Shown here: positions 17,493-25,793 of the stretch, piece after piece
How the letters are laid out: every line of letters begins with the position of its first letter
How positions within the stretch are numbered: position 1 is the stretch's first letter
DNA from: a virus
Virus record (IMG/VR): IMGVR_UViG_3300046328_000056
Location: 2,297 to 66,296 of that record
DNA: 64,000 bases
Direction: 5' to 3' (one strand)
Notes under the pieces: generated by a model
Told to the model about the DNA's origin: nothing
The model's database searches: none
Seen by the model: only the letters and a program-made list of their open reading frames with translations
Translations under genes and position numbers: made by a program

Positions 17493-17788
17493 TGGCAACC
17501 ACCCCTGAGTCCAAGGTCAAGGCCAAGATCAAAAAAATCCTGAAAGACAACGGCGTGTACTACGCCATGCCTATTGGTACAGGCTATGGCAATTCAGGAG
17601 TCCCCGACTTTCTTTGCTGTGTAAACGGAAACTTCCTTGCGATTGAAGCCAAGGCAGGCAAGGGCACGACCACAGCATTGCAAGAAAAGAATCTTCGAGA
17701 AATAAAAGAGGCAGGTGGCACAGCCGCTGTGATCGCCGAAGCCCAACTCGAATACCTTGAGCAACTTATCCAACTGATGAAACAATGA
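17492..17788 (+). CDS. VRR-NUC domain nuclease (resolvase-like)
   Basis: TPESKVKAKI...SGVPDFLCC...FLAIEAKAG...TALQ. Confidence 0.85.
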   Translation: MATTPESKVKAKIKKILKDNGVYYAMPIGTGYGNSGVPDFLCCVNGNFLAIEAKAGKGTTTALQEKNLREIKEAGGTAAVIAEAQLEYLEQLIQLMKQ

Positions 17789-17799
17789 AGGAGCTAACG

Positions 17800-18183
17800 A
17801 TGGCTGAATTATCCGCAGGTGTACGTGCGCTGGTAGGGCGAATGGAGTCCAACCCCAGTGAGTTCTATGGCAGTGCAGACAAATGGCATTTCATGTTCTC
17901 TGCCAACTTCCGCGATGTGTTGACCGAGCCCGAGAAGGGCGCACTGCACGAGGCGCTGAAAGAAGTCCGACGCAAAGAGTTCGACGAGAAAGTCATGCGC
18001 GAGCTTTTGAAGGACAACATGGAAGAGCAGTTGTTGAAAAACACCCCTTACTTCACCAATGTGCAGATTGGCAACGGTGGGATAGGTATGAGCGGGTCAA
18101 GTGTGACTGCGACTGCTGTTGGGTATGCCCACGATACCGACAGCTTCAAGGCGGCAACCGCATCACCGAGTCTTTTCAAATGA
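17800..18183 (+). CDS. Hypothetical protein (paralog of next gene)
   Basis: MAELSAGVRALVGRMESNPSEF...; SD AAGGAG. Confidence 0.7.
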   Translation: MAELSAGVRALVGRMESNPSEFYGSADKWHFMFSANFRDVLTEPEKGALHEALKEVRRKEFDEKVMRELLKDNMEEQLLKNTPYFTNVQIGNGGIGMSGSSVTATAVGYAHDTDSFKAATASPSLFK

Positions 18184-18647
18184 GCGAGTTCTGTGCGGGG
18201 GTAAAAATCCTACTAGAGCGCATGAAGTCCAACCCCGAGGACTTTGAATTGCTTGAATACGATGCGTCTTTAATGCACGGCATCAAAGGCAGGTTCTACG
18301 AATTTGCTCAAGCTGTTGAGGGAATAATCTTGGGTAAAACCGACAAAGACAGGCCGTGGAAAGACTGGCAGTACTTTACCGAGGAGGAACGCCAAGCTTT
18401 GATTGCTGGGTTCAAGGAAATGAAGCGAGCCAAGTTTGACAAGGGAATCATGGAGCGAGTATTTGATGAGAAATACATTGACCGTCAACATGAGGAACTA
18501 CAAAAAGCTAGACAACCTATGTATTACCACCCCTCACATCAACCACCGCCAGTTCACCCGTTACAGCAGGGTACTTTCGTAACTACAACCGACAACACAA
18601 GCGGGACGTTTTTAGGTTCTCTTGGTCTTGGGGGCATTTTCAAATGA
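18180..18647 (+). CDS. Hypothetical protein (paralog of previous gene)
   Basis: MSEFCAGVKILLERMKSNPEDF...; ATGA overlap. Confidence 0.7.
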   Translation: MSEFCAGVKILLERMKSNPEDFELLEYDASLMHGIKGRFYEFAQAVEGIILGKTDKDRPWKDWQYFTEEERQALIAGFKEMKRAKFDKGIMERVFDEKYIDRQHEELQKARQPMYYHPSHQPPPVHPLQQGTFVTTTDNTSGTFLGSLGLGGIFK

Positions 18648-21307
18648 ACATCATCACGATTGACTTTGAGACAGCCTATGGCGGTGACCTTGGGTTTGCC
18701 AAGCAGACCACGGAGGAGTACATCCGTGACCCACGCTTTGAGGTTATTGGTGTTGCGGTACAGGTAAACGATGGCGAGCCGGTGTGGTTCAGCGGTACAC
18801 ATCAAAAGATGTGGGACTTCCTGAACAAGTACGACTGGAAAAACTCCCTTGCGCTTGCGCACAACGCGCCGTTCGACGGAGCCATCCTGAATTGGAAGTT
18901 TGGCATGACCCCCAAGGGTTGGCTGGACACGCTGAGTATGGGTCGGGCGCTTCATGGTACGAACGTAGGCGGGAGCCTCGCGGTTCTGGCCCAACACTAC
19001 GGCATTGGGGAGAAGGGCACTGAGGTGCTCAACGCCATCAATAAGTTCCGCAAGGACTTCAACAAGGAAGACTTGGCACGGTACGGCGAGTACTGTAAGA
19101 ACGATGTGAAGCTGACGTGGGATTTGTTCGGACACATGAGCCAAGGGTTCCCGAAGATTGAGCTACGGCTGATTGACCTGACTGTGCGCATGTTCACCGA
19201 GCCAGTGTTGCAGTTGGATACAGAATTGCTGGAAGTGCATTTGGAGGCGGAGAAAGAACGTAAAGCCCAGTTGTTGAAAACTTTTGACAAAGACACCTTG
19301 ATGAGCAACCCACAGTTTGCTGACCTGCTGGTATCGCTTGGTGTACAGCCCCCAATGAAAAAGAGCCCAACCACTGGCAAACAGACCTTTGCGTTCTCTA
19401 AGACGGATGAGGAGTTCAAGGCCCTGCTCGAACATGAAAATACAGCAGTGCAAGCAGTGGTCGCGGCGCGGCTGGGAACGAAGTCCACGATTGAAGAGAC
19501 CCGCACCGAGCGGTTCATTGGGATTGCCTCCCGAGGGCCAATGCCAGTTCCCCTACGCTATTACGCCGCCCACACTGGACGCTGGGGTGGTGACGACAAG
19601 ATCAACTTACAGAACTTGCAACGCACATCGCCTTTGAAGATGGCAATCCTTGCGCCCTATGGTGACGTGATGATTGACTCAGACTCATCGCAGATTGAAG
19701 CGCGGACGCTGGCATGGCTGGCTGGACAGGACGACTTGGTGGAAGCATTTGATAGGGGTGAGGATGTATACAAGATCATGGCATCGGCTATCTATGGCAA
19801 GGCTGTTGAAGCGATTACCAAAGACGAGAGGTTTGTCGGTAAGACGACAATCTTAGGTTGTATTTCCGAGGGAACGCTGGTATTATCCGACTCAGGGTGG
19901 AAGCCTATCGAGCAGGTTTCCTTGGACGACAAGTTGTGGGACGGGGAGGAATGGGTATGCCATCAAGGATTACAGAACAGCGGCATCAAGGAAACATTGA
20001 ATCTTTGCGGGATGTGGTTAACACCAGACCACAAAGTGTGGTCAGGGACACAGTGGTTGGAAGCGCAATCTCTGGTGCAAGACGCAAGTACCCTCTCCCA
20101 AGTATTGGACACCGCAGTGGAAAACTTACCGTTACAGGCTACCTTTGCGGACAGAGGGGAGGCGTTGCTTCGCTTGTCGTCAGGTGTGAGTGCCGACCCG
20201 ATGAGTACAGCGTGGACGTGCATAATTTCAAGTATTTCAAAAGCACGCGCTGTCCGCTTTGTGCCAAAGCTGCTTCAAACCAAAAACGGTACTGGGTGTA
20301 TTCGCACGCAATGGCCGACGACGGGCACAGAACCAGACTACTCAATCGACTGGCTGCTGCCATCACAAGGTGTCACACCGCAACCAACAAAGCATATTCT
20401 CACTATGGGGGGCGTGGCATATCGGTGTGGCCCAAATGGAGAGAAGATCGAGCTTCGTTTCTTCGATATGTGCAAACGCTTGAAGGCTGGGATGTCCCGA
20501 GTTTTGAAATGGACAGGATTGACGTTAACGGCAACTACGAGCCAGACAACATCCGATTCGTTTCTCGAAGTGACAACCTTAAAAACAAACGTCGAGTCGC
20601 CAACCTTGAGGCGCAAATTACAGACTTACGATCTCGCTTACGCAGGGCCGAGGAATCGTTACATGGTGTTAACAGCACAAGGGCCGATGATTGTTCATAA
20701 CTGCGGCTACGGCATGGGCGCGGCAAAGTTTATGGCGCAACTTAAGAATTTTGGTGTTGAAGTGTCGCTTGAAGAAGCGAAGCGAATCATTGATACGTAT
20801 CGAAGTACTTACCCGAAAATTACTGCACTATGGAAAGCTGCGGCGAACGTCCTCCCCGCAATTATCAGCGAGCAAACGACGGCGTTTGGGCGGGACGACA
20901 TCCTCAAGGTAGATGGCAAGGACGGCATCCTGCTACCCAACGGACTGCGCTTGAAGTACCCCAACCTGCGCCAAAAGGTGGACGAGGAAAGCGGCAAGGT
21001 CGAGCTTGTGTACGACACCAAGAAAGGCAAAGCCATCATCCCCAACCGAATCTATGGCGGCAAGGTGATTGAGAACGTATGCCAAGCCCTTGCACGTATC
21101 GTGATAGGCGAGCAGATGCTGATGATCGCCAAGAAGTACCGTGTGGTGATGACTGTGCATGATAGTGTGGGGGTGATAGCACCCGAGGCCGAGGCTGAAA
21201 CAGCTAAGGAGTACGTTGAATTGTGTATGCGTATCCGCCCGTCGTGGGCACCCGAGCTACCGCTGAACTGCGAAGCAGGGTATGGCAAATCTTATGGAGA
21301 CTGTTAA
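18644..21307 (+). CDS. polA: Family A DNA polymerase with 3'-5' exonuclease, interrupted by an intein
   Basis: Exo I IDFET, Exo II AHNAPFD, Exo III YCKND; HTGRW, NLQNL; motif A DSSQIEAR; motif B RFVGKTTILG/CGYG split by the intein; motif C TVHDS. Spliced product 606 aa. Confidence 0.95.
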   Translation: MNIITIDFETAYGGDLGFAKQTTEEYIRDPRFEVIGVAVQVNDGEPVWFSGTHQKMWDFLNKYDWKNSLALAHNAPFDGAILNWKFGMTPKGWLDTLSMGRALHGTNVGGSLAVLAQHYGIGEKGTEVLNAINKFRKDFNKEDLARYGEYCKNDVKLTWDLFGHMSQGFPKIELRLIDLTVRMFTEPVLQLDTELLEVHLEAEKERKAQLLKTFDKDTLMSNPQFADLLVSLGVQPPMKKSPTTGKQTFAFSKTDEEFKALLEHENTAVQAVVAARLGTKSTIEETRTERFIGIASRGPMPVPLRYYAAHTGRWGGDDKINLQNLQRTSPLKMAILAPYGDVMIDSDSSQIEARTLAWLAGQDDLVEAFDRGEDVYKIMASAIYGKAVEAITKDERFVGKTTILGCISEGTLVLSDSGWKPIEQVSLDDKLWDGEEWVCHQGLQNSGIKETLNLCGMWLTPDHKVWSGTQWLEAQSLVQDASTLSQVLDTAVENLPLQATFADRGEALLRLSSGVSADPMSTAWTCIISSISKARAVRFVPKLLQTKNGTGCIRTQWPTTGTEPDYSIDWLLPSQGVTPQPTKHILTMGGVAYRCGPNGEKIELRFFDMCKRLKAGMSRVLKWTGLTLTATTSQTTSDSFLEVTTLKTNVESPTLRRKLQTYDLAYAGPRNRYMVLTAQGPMIVHNCGYGMGAAKFMAQLKNFGVEVSLEEAKRIIDTYRSTYPKITALWKAAANVLPAIISEQTTAFGRDDILKVDGKDGILLPNGLRLKYPNLRQKVDEESGKVELVYDTKKGKAIIPNRIYGGKVIENVCQALARIVIGEQMLMIAKKYRVVMTVHDSVGVIAPEAEAETAKEYVELCMRIRPSWAPELPLNCEAGYGKSYGDC
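19859..20701 (+). mobile_element. Intein (281 aa, PolA residues 406-686)
   Basis: Block A CISEGTLVLSDSG, block B LTPDHKVW (TxxH), block F TYDLAYAGPRNRYMV, block G IVHN followed by +1 Cys. Removal restores KTTILGCGYGMG. Confidence 0.93.
19957..20700 (+). CDS. HNH homing endonuclease in the -1 frame inside the intein
   Basis: GKLTV, VRCEC, RCPLC, YSHYGGRGISVWPKW, EMDRIDVNGNYEPDNIRFVSRSDNLKNKR: same family as 9596-10204. SD GGAGGA 6 nt before ATG 19957; alternative GTG at 20053. Confidence 0.85.
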   Translation: MPSRITEQRHQGNIESLRDVVNTRPQSVVRDTVVGSAISGARRKYPLPSIGHRSGKLTVTGYLCGQRGGVASLVVRCECRPDEYSVDVHNFKYFKSTRCPLCAKAASNQKRYWVYSHAMADDGHRTRLLNRLAAAITRCHTATNKAYSHYGGRGISVWPKWREDRASFLRYVQTLEGWDVPSFEMDRIDVNGNYEPDNIRFVSRSDNLKNKRRVANLEAQITDLRSRLRRAEESLHGVNSTRADDCS

Positions 21308-21585
21308 TGAGAAGAATGCTTAAAAAATTTTTGCAATGGGTGATGGCGGCAGACAGAGAAGAAATTACAACGGGGCCTATTTCGATTGAAGATTCCCACA
21401 ATCCTTCCCAACCTGCGTTTCGACTTGGTGTGATTGCCGCATCAAATGGACGTATCTTGGAAATGTCCACGTACAAGCGCAATCCCCACGGCCCTGACTG
21501 GACGGCTGAGTTGTTTATCGTCCCCGAAGACCAAACGCTTGCTCAGTGCATCACAACAATCCTAACCGTCAAAGGACTCACATGA
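21307..21585 (+). CDS. Hypothetical protein
   Basis: TAATG coupling to polA. Confidence 0.65.
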   Translation: MRRMLKKFLQWVMAADREEITTGPISIEDSHNPSQPAFRLGVIAASNGRILEMSTYKRNPHGPDWTAELFIVPEDQTLAQCITTILTVKGLT

Positions 21586-22244
21586 GTATCGTCTGGTCGT
21601 TCAGTAGCCTGAAAACATTTCAGCAGTGCCCCAAGAAGTACTATCACACCAAGATAGCCAAGGACGTTGTTGAGCCTGACACAACGGCAACGCTGTACGG
21701 CAAGACTGCTCATACCGTAGCAGAGGAATACATCCGTGACGGCAAGCCAATCCCGCCCCAGTTCGAGTACATGCAGGGCACACTGGATGCGCTGAACCAA
21801 CTGGAGGGTGACAAGCTGTGCGAGGTGAAGCTGGGCTTGACCAAGGACTTGGAGGCTTGCGATTTCAGTGCCCCCGATGTGTGGTGGCATGGCATCGCCG
21901 ACTTGGTTGTGCTCAACGAGGAAAAGGGTCTTGCCTACTCTGCCGACTACAAGACCAGCAAGAGCGCACGGTACGCCGATACCAAGCAACTTGACCTTGT
22001 GGCGGTGGGTTTGTTCGCCAAGTTCCCTAACATTGTTAGGGTGAAGTCAGCTCTGATCTTCACGGTAAGTAAAGAGTTTGTAAAAGCTGAGCACCACAGA
22101 GAGATGGTGCCGAAGTACATACAAAAACCCGCCCAAGATGTTGCAAGAATCGAGGCGGCATTGGAGAATGGGGTGTGGAATCCCAGCAGTGGGCCACTGT
22201 GCAAGTTCTGCGCAGTCAAGCAGTGCGAGTACAACAGGAGCTAA
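21582..22244 (+). CDS. PD-(D/E)XK (Cas4/RecB-like) exonuclease
   Basis: WSFSSLKTFQQCP, YGKTAH, GIAD, ADYKT, QL, terminal CKFC...C. Confidence 0.88.
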   Translation: MSIVWSFSSLKTFQQCPKKYYHTKIAKDVVEPDTTATLYGKTAHTVAEEYIRDGKPIPPQFEYMQGTLDALNQLEGDKLCEVKLGLTKDLEACDFSAPDVWWHGIADLVVLNEEKGLAYSADYKTSKSARYADTKQLDLVAVGLFAKFPNIVRVKSALIFTVSKEFVKAEHHREMVPKYIQKPAQDVARIEAALENGVWNPSSGPLCKFCAVKQCEYNRS

Positions 22245-22246
22245 CG

Positions 22247-22450
22247 ATGACAGACGAAGAAAAACAAGCGGCAGAGGCGTACATCAAGTTGCATGATGAT
22301 GTGCGGCAGTTGATTGTGGATACGGTCTACAAAGAACTGCAAACTTATGGGGGTCTAATACAAAATCAAGTTAAAACCGCAGTACTGATTAGCCCTGAAA
22401 TGGAACAAAGGGTCAAAGACATTGTAAGAAACCAAATGCAGAAATACTAA
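22247..22450 (+). CDS. Hypothetical protein
   Basis: SD GGAG, MTDEEKQ... Confidence 0.6.
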   Translation: MTDEEKQAAEAYIKLHDDVRQLIVDTVYKELQTYGGLIQNQVKTAVLISPEMEQRVKDIVRNQMQKY

Positions 22451-22459
22451 GGAGGCATC

Positions 22460-22774
22460 ATGCCGTACGTGAACAAACCCCGACCCTACAAAAAAGAATA
22501 TGAACAACAAAAAGCAAGAGGAGAAGCCGATGAACGGCTCGAACGCCAACGTGCAAGAGAAGCAATCGACAAGAAAAGCGCCGACCGAAACAAAGATGGA
22601 CGCGCTGACGTGCGCGAAGGAAAAGATGTTGCACACATCAAAGCTCTATCTAAAGGTGGCTCCAACAAGAATGGGGTCAAGCTTCAATCACCATCGGCCA
22701 ACCGCTCATTCAAGCGCGGCTCAGATCACAAAGTAGTATCAGAAGTCAGTACCAAAGAACGAAAGAAAAAATGA
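22460..22774 (+). CDS. Small HNH-like nuclease
   Basis: RPYKKEY...GKDVAHIKALSKGGSN...SANRSF. Confidence 0.7.
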   Translation: MPYVNKPRPYKKEYEQQKARGEADERLERQRAREAIDKKSADRNKDGRADVREGKDVAHIKALSKGGSNKNGVKLQSPSANRSFKRGSDHKVVSEVSTKERKKK

Positions 22775-24159
22775 ATCTATCAGAGTATTCGTGGCCTCGT
22801 CCTCACGGGTTCACGCCGTTCGATCATCAGAAGATTACCGCCGATTTCCTTGTAAGCAACCGCAAAGCATTTTGCTTCAACGAGCAGGGTACAGGCAAAA
22901 CAGCATCAGTGATTTGGGCAGTTGACTACCTCATGGAAGTCGGGCTCGTCAAACGAGTGTTAGTGATTTGTCCGTTGTCGATCATGAAGTCGGCATGGCA
23001 ACAGGACTTGTTCAAGTTTGCAATCCATCGCACAGTATCCGTTGCGCATGGCGCGGCGAAGAAACGCAAAGAGATCATCAACGCCGGTTCAGAGTTTGTC
23101 GTCATCAACTTTGATGGCGTGGGTATCGTCAAGAAAGAAATCTTGGCTGGCGGCTTTGACCTAATCGTGGTGGACGAAGCCTCGGCTTACAAGAACGCGC
23201 AGACCGAACGCTGGAAAGACTTGCGTGACCTGACCAAACAGATCAAAGGCTTGTGGATGCTCACCGGTACACCGGCGGCTCAAGCGCCTACGGATGCTTA
23301 CGGATTGGCAAAGCTGGTCAACCCCAAGAATGTGCCCCTGTTCTATGGGCAGTTCCGAGATCAAGTCATGACCAAGGTCAGCATGTACCGTTGGCTGCCC
23401 AAGTCCAACGCACAGAACATCGTACACACCGCATTGCAACCCGCCATTCGGTTTGAGAAGAAGCAGTGCCTTGACCTGCCGCCCCTGACGTTTGTCAGTC
23501 GTGATGCGCCGATGACCCCCCAGCAGATCAAGTACTACAACGTGCTCAAGAAGCAAATGCTGATCGAGGCCGACGGCGAAGAAATATCGGCGGTCAACGC
23601 CGCTGTGCAGATCAACAAGCTGTTGCAGATTGCAGGTGGTGCCGTATACACAGACACCGGAGAGGTACTGGAGTTCGATGTATCCAGTCGGCTCAACGTG
23701 GTGCAGGAAGTCATCGACGAGTCAAGCCAAAAGGTGCTGGTGTTCGTTCCGTTCACGCATACGATTGAGCTACTCCAAAAGCATTTAGAGAAGGCTGGCA
23801 TTCTTTGCGAAGTCATCAATGGCTCAGTGCCTGTCAACCGCAGGTCAGAGATTGTCAAGGACTTCCAAGAGCAACCGCATCCCAAAGTTCTCATCATCCA
23901 ACCGCAAGCGGCCTCCCACGGACTTACCCTAACCGCCGCCGACACAATTATTTGGTACGCTCCTTGTACCAGCGTAGAAACATACTTGCAAGCCAACGCA
24001 CGAATTGACCGCCCCGGTCAAGTCAACCCAATGACCATCGTGCATATCACAGGTAGCCCAGTAGAGGCCAAGATGTATGGAATGTTGCAAGGCAACATCA
24101 CCAACCACAACAAAGTGATTGATTTGTACCGTCAAGAAATTTCTTCCGAGACCACTTGA
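22771..24159 (+). CDS. SNF2-family (SF2) helicase
   Basis: QGTGKT, VVDEAS, LTGTP, HGLTLT, QANARIDRPGQ. Confidence 0.92.
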   Translation: MNLSEYSWPRPHGFTPFDHQKITADFLVSNRKAFCFNEQGTGKTASVIWAVDYLMEVGLVKRVLVICPLSIMKSAWQQDLFKFAIHRTVSVAHGAAKKRKEIINAGSEFVVINFDGVGIVKKEILAGGFDLIVVDEASAYKNAQTERWKDLRDLTKQIKGLWMLTGTPAAQAPTDAYGLAKLVNPKNVPLFYGQFRDQVMTKVSMYRWLPKSNAQNIVHTALQPAIRFEKKQCLDLPPLTFVSRDAPMTPQQIKYYNVLKKQMLIEADGEEISAVNAAVQINKLLQIAGGAVYTDTGEVLEFDVSSRLNVVQEVIDESSQKVLVFVPFTHTIELLQKHLEKAGILCEVINGSVPVNRRSEIVKDFQEQPHPKVLIIQPQAASHGLTLTAADTIIWYAPCTSVETYLQANARIDRPGQVNPMTIVHITGSPVEAKMYGMLQGNITNHNKVIDLYRQEISSETT

Positions 24160-24183
24160 CAATGTACAATTCTGTGATAGACT
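24156..24183 (+). promoter_or_regulatory. Promoter
   Basis: TTGACA-N16-TAGACT with extended -10 TG. Confidence 0.65.
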
Positions 24184-24209
24184 AATTCAAAAACCACAAG
24201 GAGCTAACG

Positions 24210-24638
24210 ATGATGGACGATGAAGTTCAGGGAGAACATCCCGCTATTCCACTCGATCAACTTGCCGCGATCTACATCAAGATTCGTGATGCCAAGGACG
24301 ATCTCACTCAAACCTACAAATCAAAAGTCGCTGATCTCGATGAGCAGATGGGCGTACTTGAGACACAGATGCTGGACACCTGTAAAGAGCAGGGCATTGA
24401 CAGCATCCGCACAAAACACGGCACGATCATCCGTTCGGTTAAGTCACGGTACTGGACGAATGATTGGGATTCGATGTACGACTTCATTAAGGAGCACGGT
24501 GCATTTGGCCTGTTAGAGAAACGACTTCATCAAACAAACATGAAGGACTTTCTTGCTGAGAATCCAGACGTTCTGCCGAGAGGCTTGAATGTCGAAAATC
24601 AATACACCGTGGTAGTTAGACGTTCTAAGGAAAAATGA
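24210..24638 (+). CDS. Conserved replication-module protein
   Basis: 142 aa, coiled coil followed by SIRTKHGT...DW...LLEKR. Confidence 0.75.
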   Translation: MMDDEVQGEHPAIPLDQLAAIYIKIRDAKDDLTQTYKSKVADLDEQMGVLETQMLDTCKEQGIDSIRTKHGTIIRSVKSRYWTNDWDSMYDFIKEHGAFGLLEKRLHQTNMKDFLAENPDVLPRGLNVENQYTVVVRRSKEK

Positions 24639-24640
24639 AA

Positions 24641-25543
24641 ATGAGCAACATCACATTGTTGAACCAAGACCTCCCCGACTTCCTGCAAACCGCTGGGGTC
24701 AGTGATCTTACAAAGCAACTCGCTGGCAAGACTGGCGTAAAACGAATCGTCCCCAAAAACGGAATCTTCCGTAAGGTCGTGGGCGGTGAAGAGATGGGCA
24801 AGGTCAAAGGCAACTTGAATGTTGTCATTGTGAACGCCTCTCCCAAAGTCGGTCGCATCTTCTACGCTAAACAGTGGAGCCCTGATGCCGAGCCAACTGC
24901 ACCTGACTGCTTCTCCAATGACGGCGCTTCGCCTGATGCGGGGTCAGCCAACAAGCAATCCGACCGTTGCGACACATGCGCACAGAACATCAAAGGTTCA
25001 GGCATGGGCAACTCAAAGGCTTGCCGTTACAGCCGCCGTATCGCTATGGTGCTGGAAGAGGACTTCGGTACTTCTCTGCAAGGTGAGGTCTACCAACTGA
25101 ACTTGGCTTCTAAGTCACTGTTCGGCGATAGCGTTGGTGACAACACCCATCCGTTTGAGAGCTACACCAAGTACTTGTCCAACAACGGCAAGAGCTTGGA
25201 CTACGTTGTTACCCAGTTGAGCTTCAACGAGGACAATGACAACCAATCCATCCTGTTCACCCCTGTGCGTTTCATCAACAAGGGCGAGTACGAGATCACC
25301 AACAAAGCTGCTGTTCTTCCCGAAGTGCAGAAGATGGTTGTGATGACACCGTACCAAGCCGATGTATCAGGTCGTGCGCCTAAGCTGGAAGCCCCAAAAG
25401 CTGAAACGCCCAAAGCCGCCGCACCTGCCGCTGACGCAGTGGAGGAACCCAAGAAGCGCGAGTCTAAGAAAGCCGCCGAGCCAGCACCCGCTGGTAAGAA
25501 GGACTTGGGCTCAGTCGTGGCCGCATGGACTGACGAGGACTGA
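24641..25543 (+). CDS. Probable ssDNA-binding / annealing protein
   Basis: Lies between helicase and primase; Cys cluster; flexible Ala/Lys/Pro tail ending WTDED. Function inferred from position and tail only. Confidence 0.55.
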   Translation: MSNITLLNQDLPDFLQTAGVSDLTKQLAGKTGVKRIVPKNGIFRKVVGGEEMGKVKGNLNVVIVNASPKVGRIFYAKQWSPDAEPTAPDCFSNDGASPDAGSANKQSDRCDTCAQNIKGSGMGNSKACRYSRRIAMVLEEDFGTSLQGEVYQLNLASKSLFGDSVGDNTHPFESYTKYLSNNGKSLDYVVTQLSFNEDNDNQSILFTPVRFINKGEYEITNKAAVLPEVQKMVVMTPYQADVSGRAPKLEAPKAETPKAAAPAADAVEEPKKRESKKAAEPAPAGKKDLGSVVAAWTDED

Positions 25544-25545
25544 AC

Positions 25546-25791
25546 ATGAGCTACGGTTACAGCCAAAGTTTGGTTGAGGCGAATAAACGCGCTGATGCCA
25601 CATCTCTTGGCGTAGCCTTGGGTCGTTTATGTATCGAACGTGGTATCCCTGTCACTGAGGTGGCAGGGGTATTCAAAGTAAGCCGAGCAACGGTCTACAA
25701 CTGGTTTTGGGGGCAGGTCACGCCAAACCGAAGCCACAACGAACTCATTGAACGATTCATCGCACGTCACAAAAAGCGCAAACTGGGGTAA
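25546..25791 (+). CDS. HTH DNA-binding protein
   Basis: IPVTEVAGVFKVSRATVYNWFWG. Confidence 0.8.
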   Translation: MSYGYSQSLVEANKRADATSLGVALGRLCIERGIPVTEVAGVFKVSRATVYNWFWGQVTPNRSHNELIERFIARHKKRKLG

Positions 25792-25793
25792 AA

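Larger units (their letters stand above)
3199..22039. repeat. Dispersed 13-bp palindrome NTAACA(A/T)TGTTAN, 18 copies
   Basis: 13-mer starts at 3199, 3377, 3934, 4115, 4518, 5068, 5492, 6061, 6888, 7736, 8485, 9197, 10431, 11914, 13076, 14235, 17021, 22027. Confidence 0.92.

Noticed and set aside
20119-20125. Programmed -1 frameshift into the HNH frame at GGAAAAC
   Set aside because: It is not a canonical X XXY YYZ heptamer in the PolA frame; an internal SD plus ATG is the simpler explanation.
19859-20701. Group I intron carrying an HNH instead of an intein
   Set aside because: The PolA frame is open throughout, with exact intein terminal residues and internal blocks; no non-coding intron core is apparent.
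3199-22039. Repeats as a CRISPR array
   Set aside because: The repeat is only 11-17 bp and irregularly spaced over 19 kb. The Cas4-like gene is an ordinary phage PD-(D/E)XK exonuclease with no cas operon.
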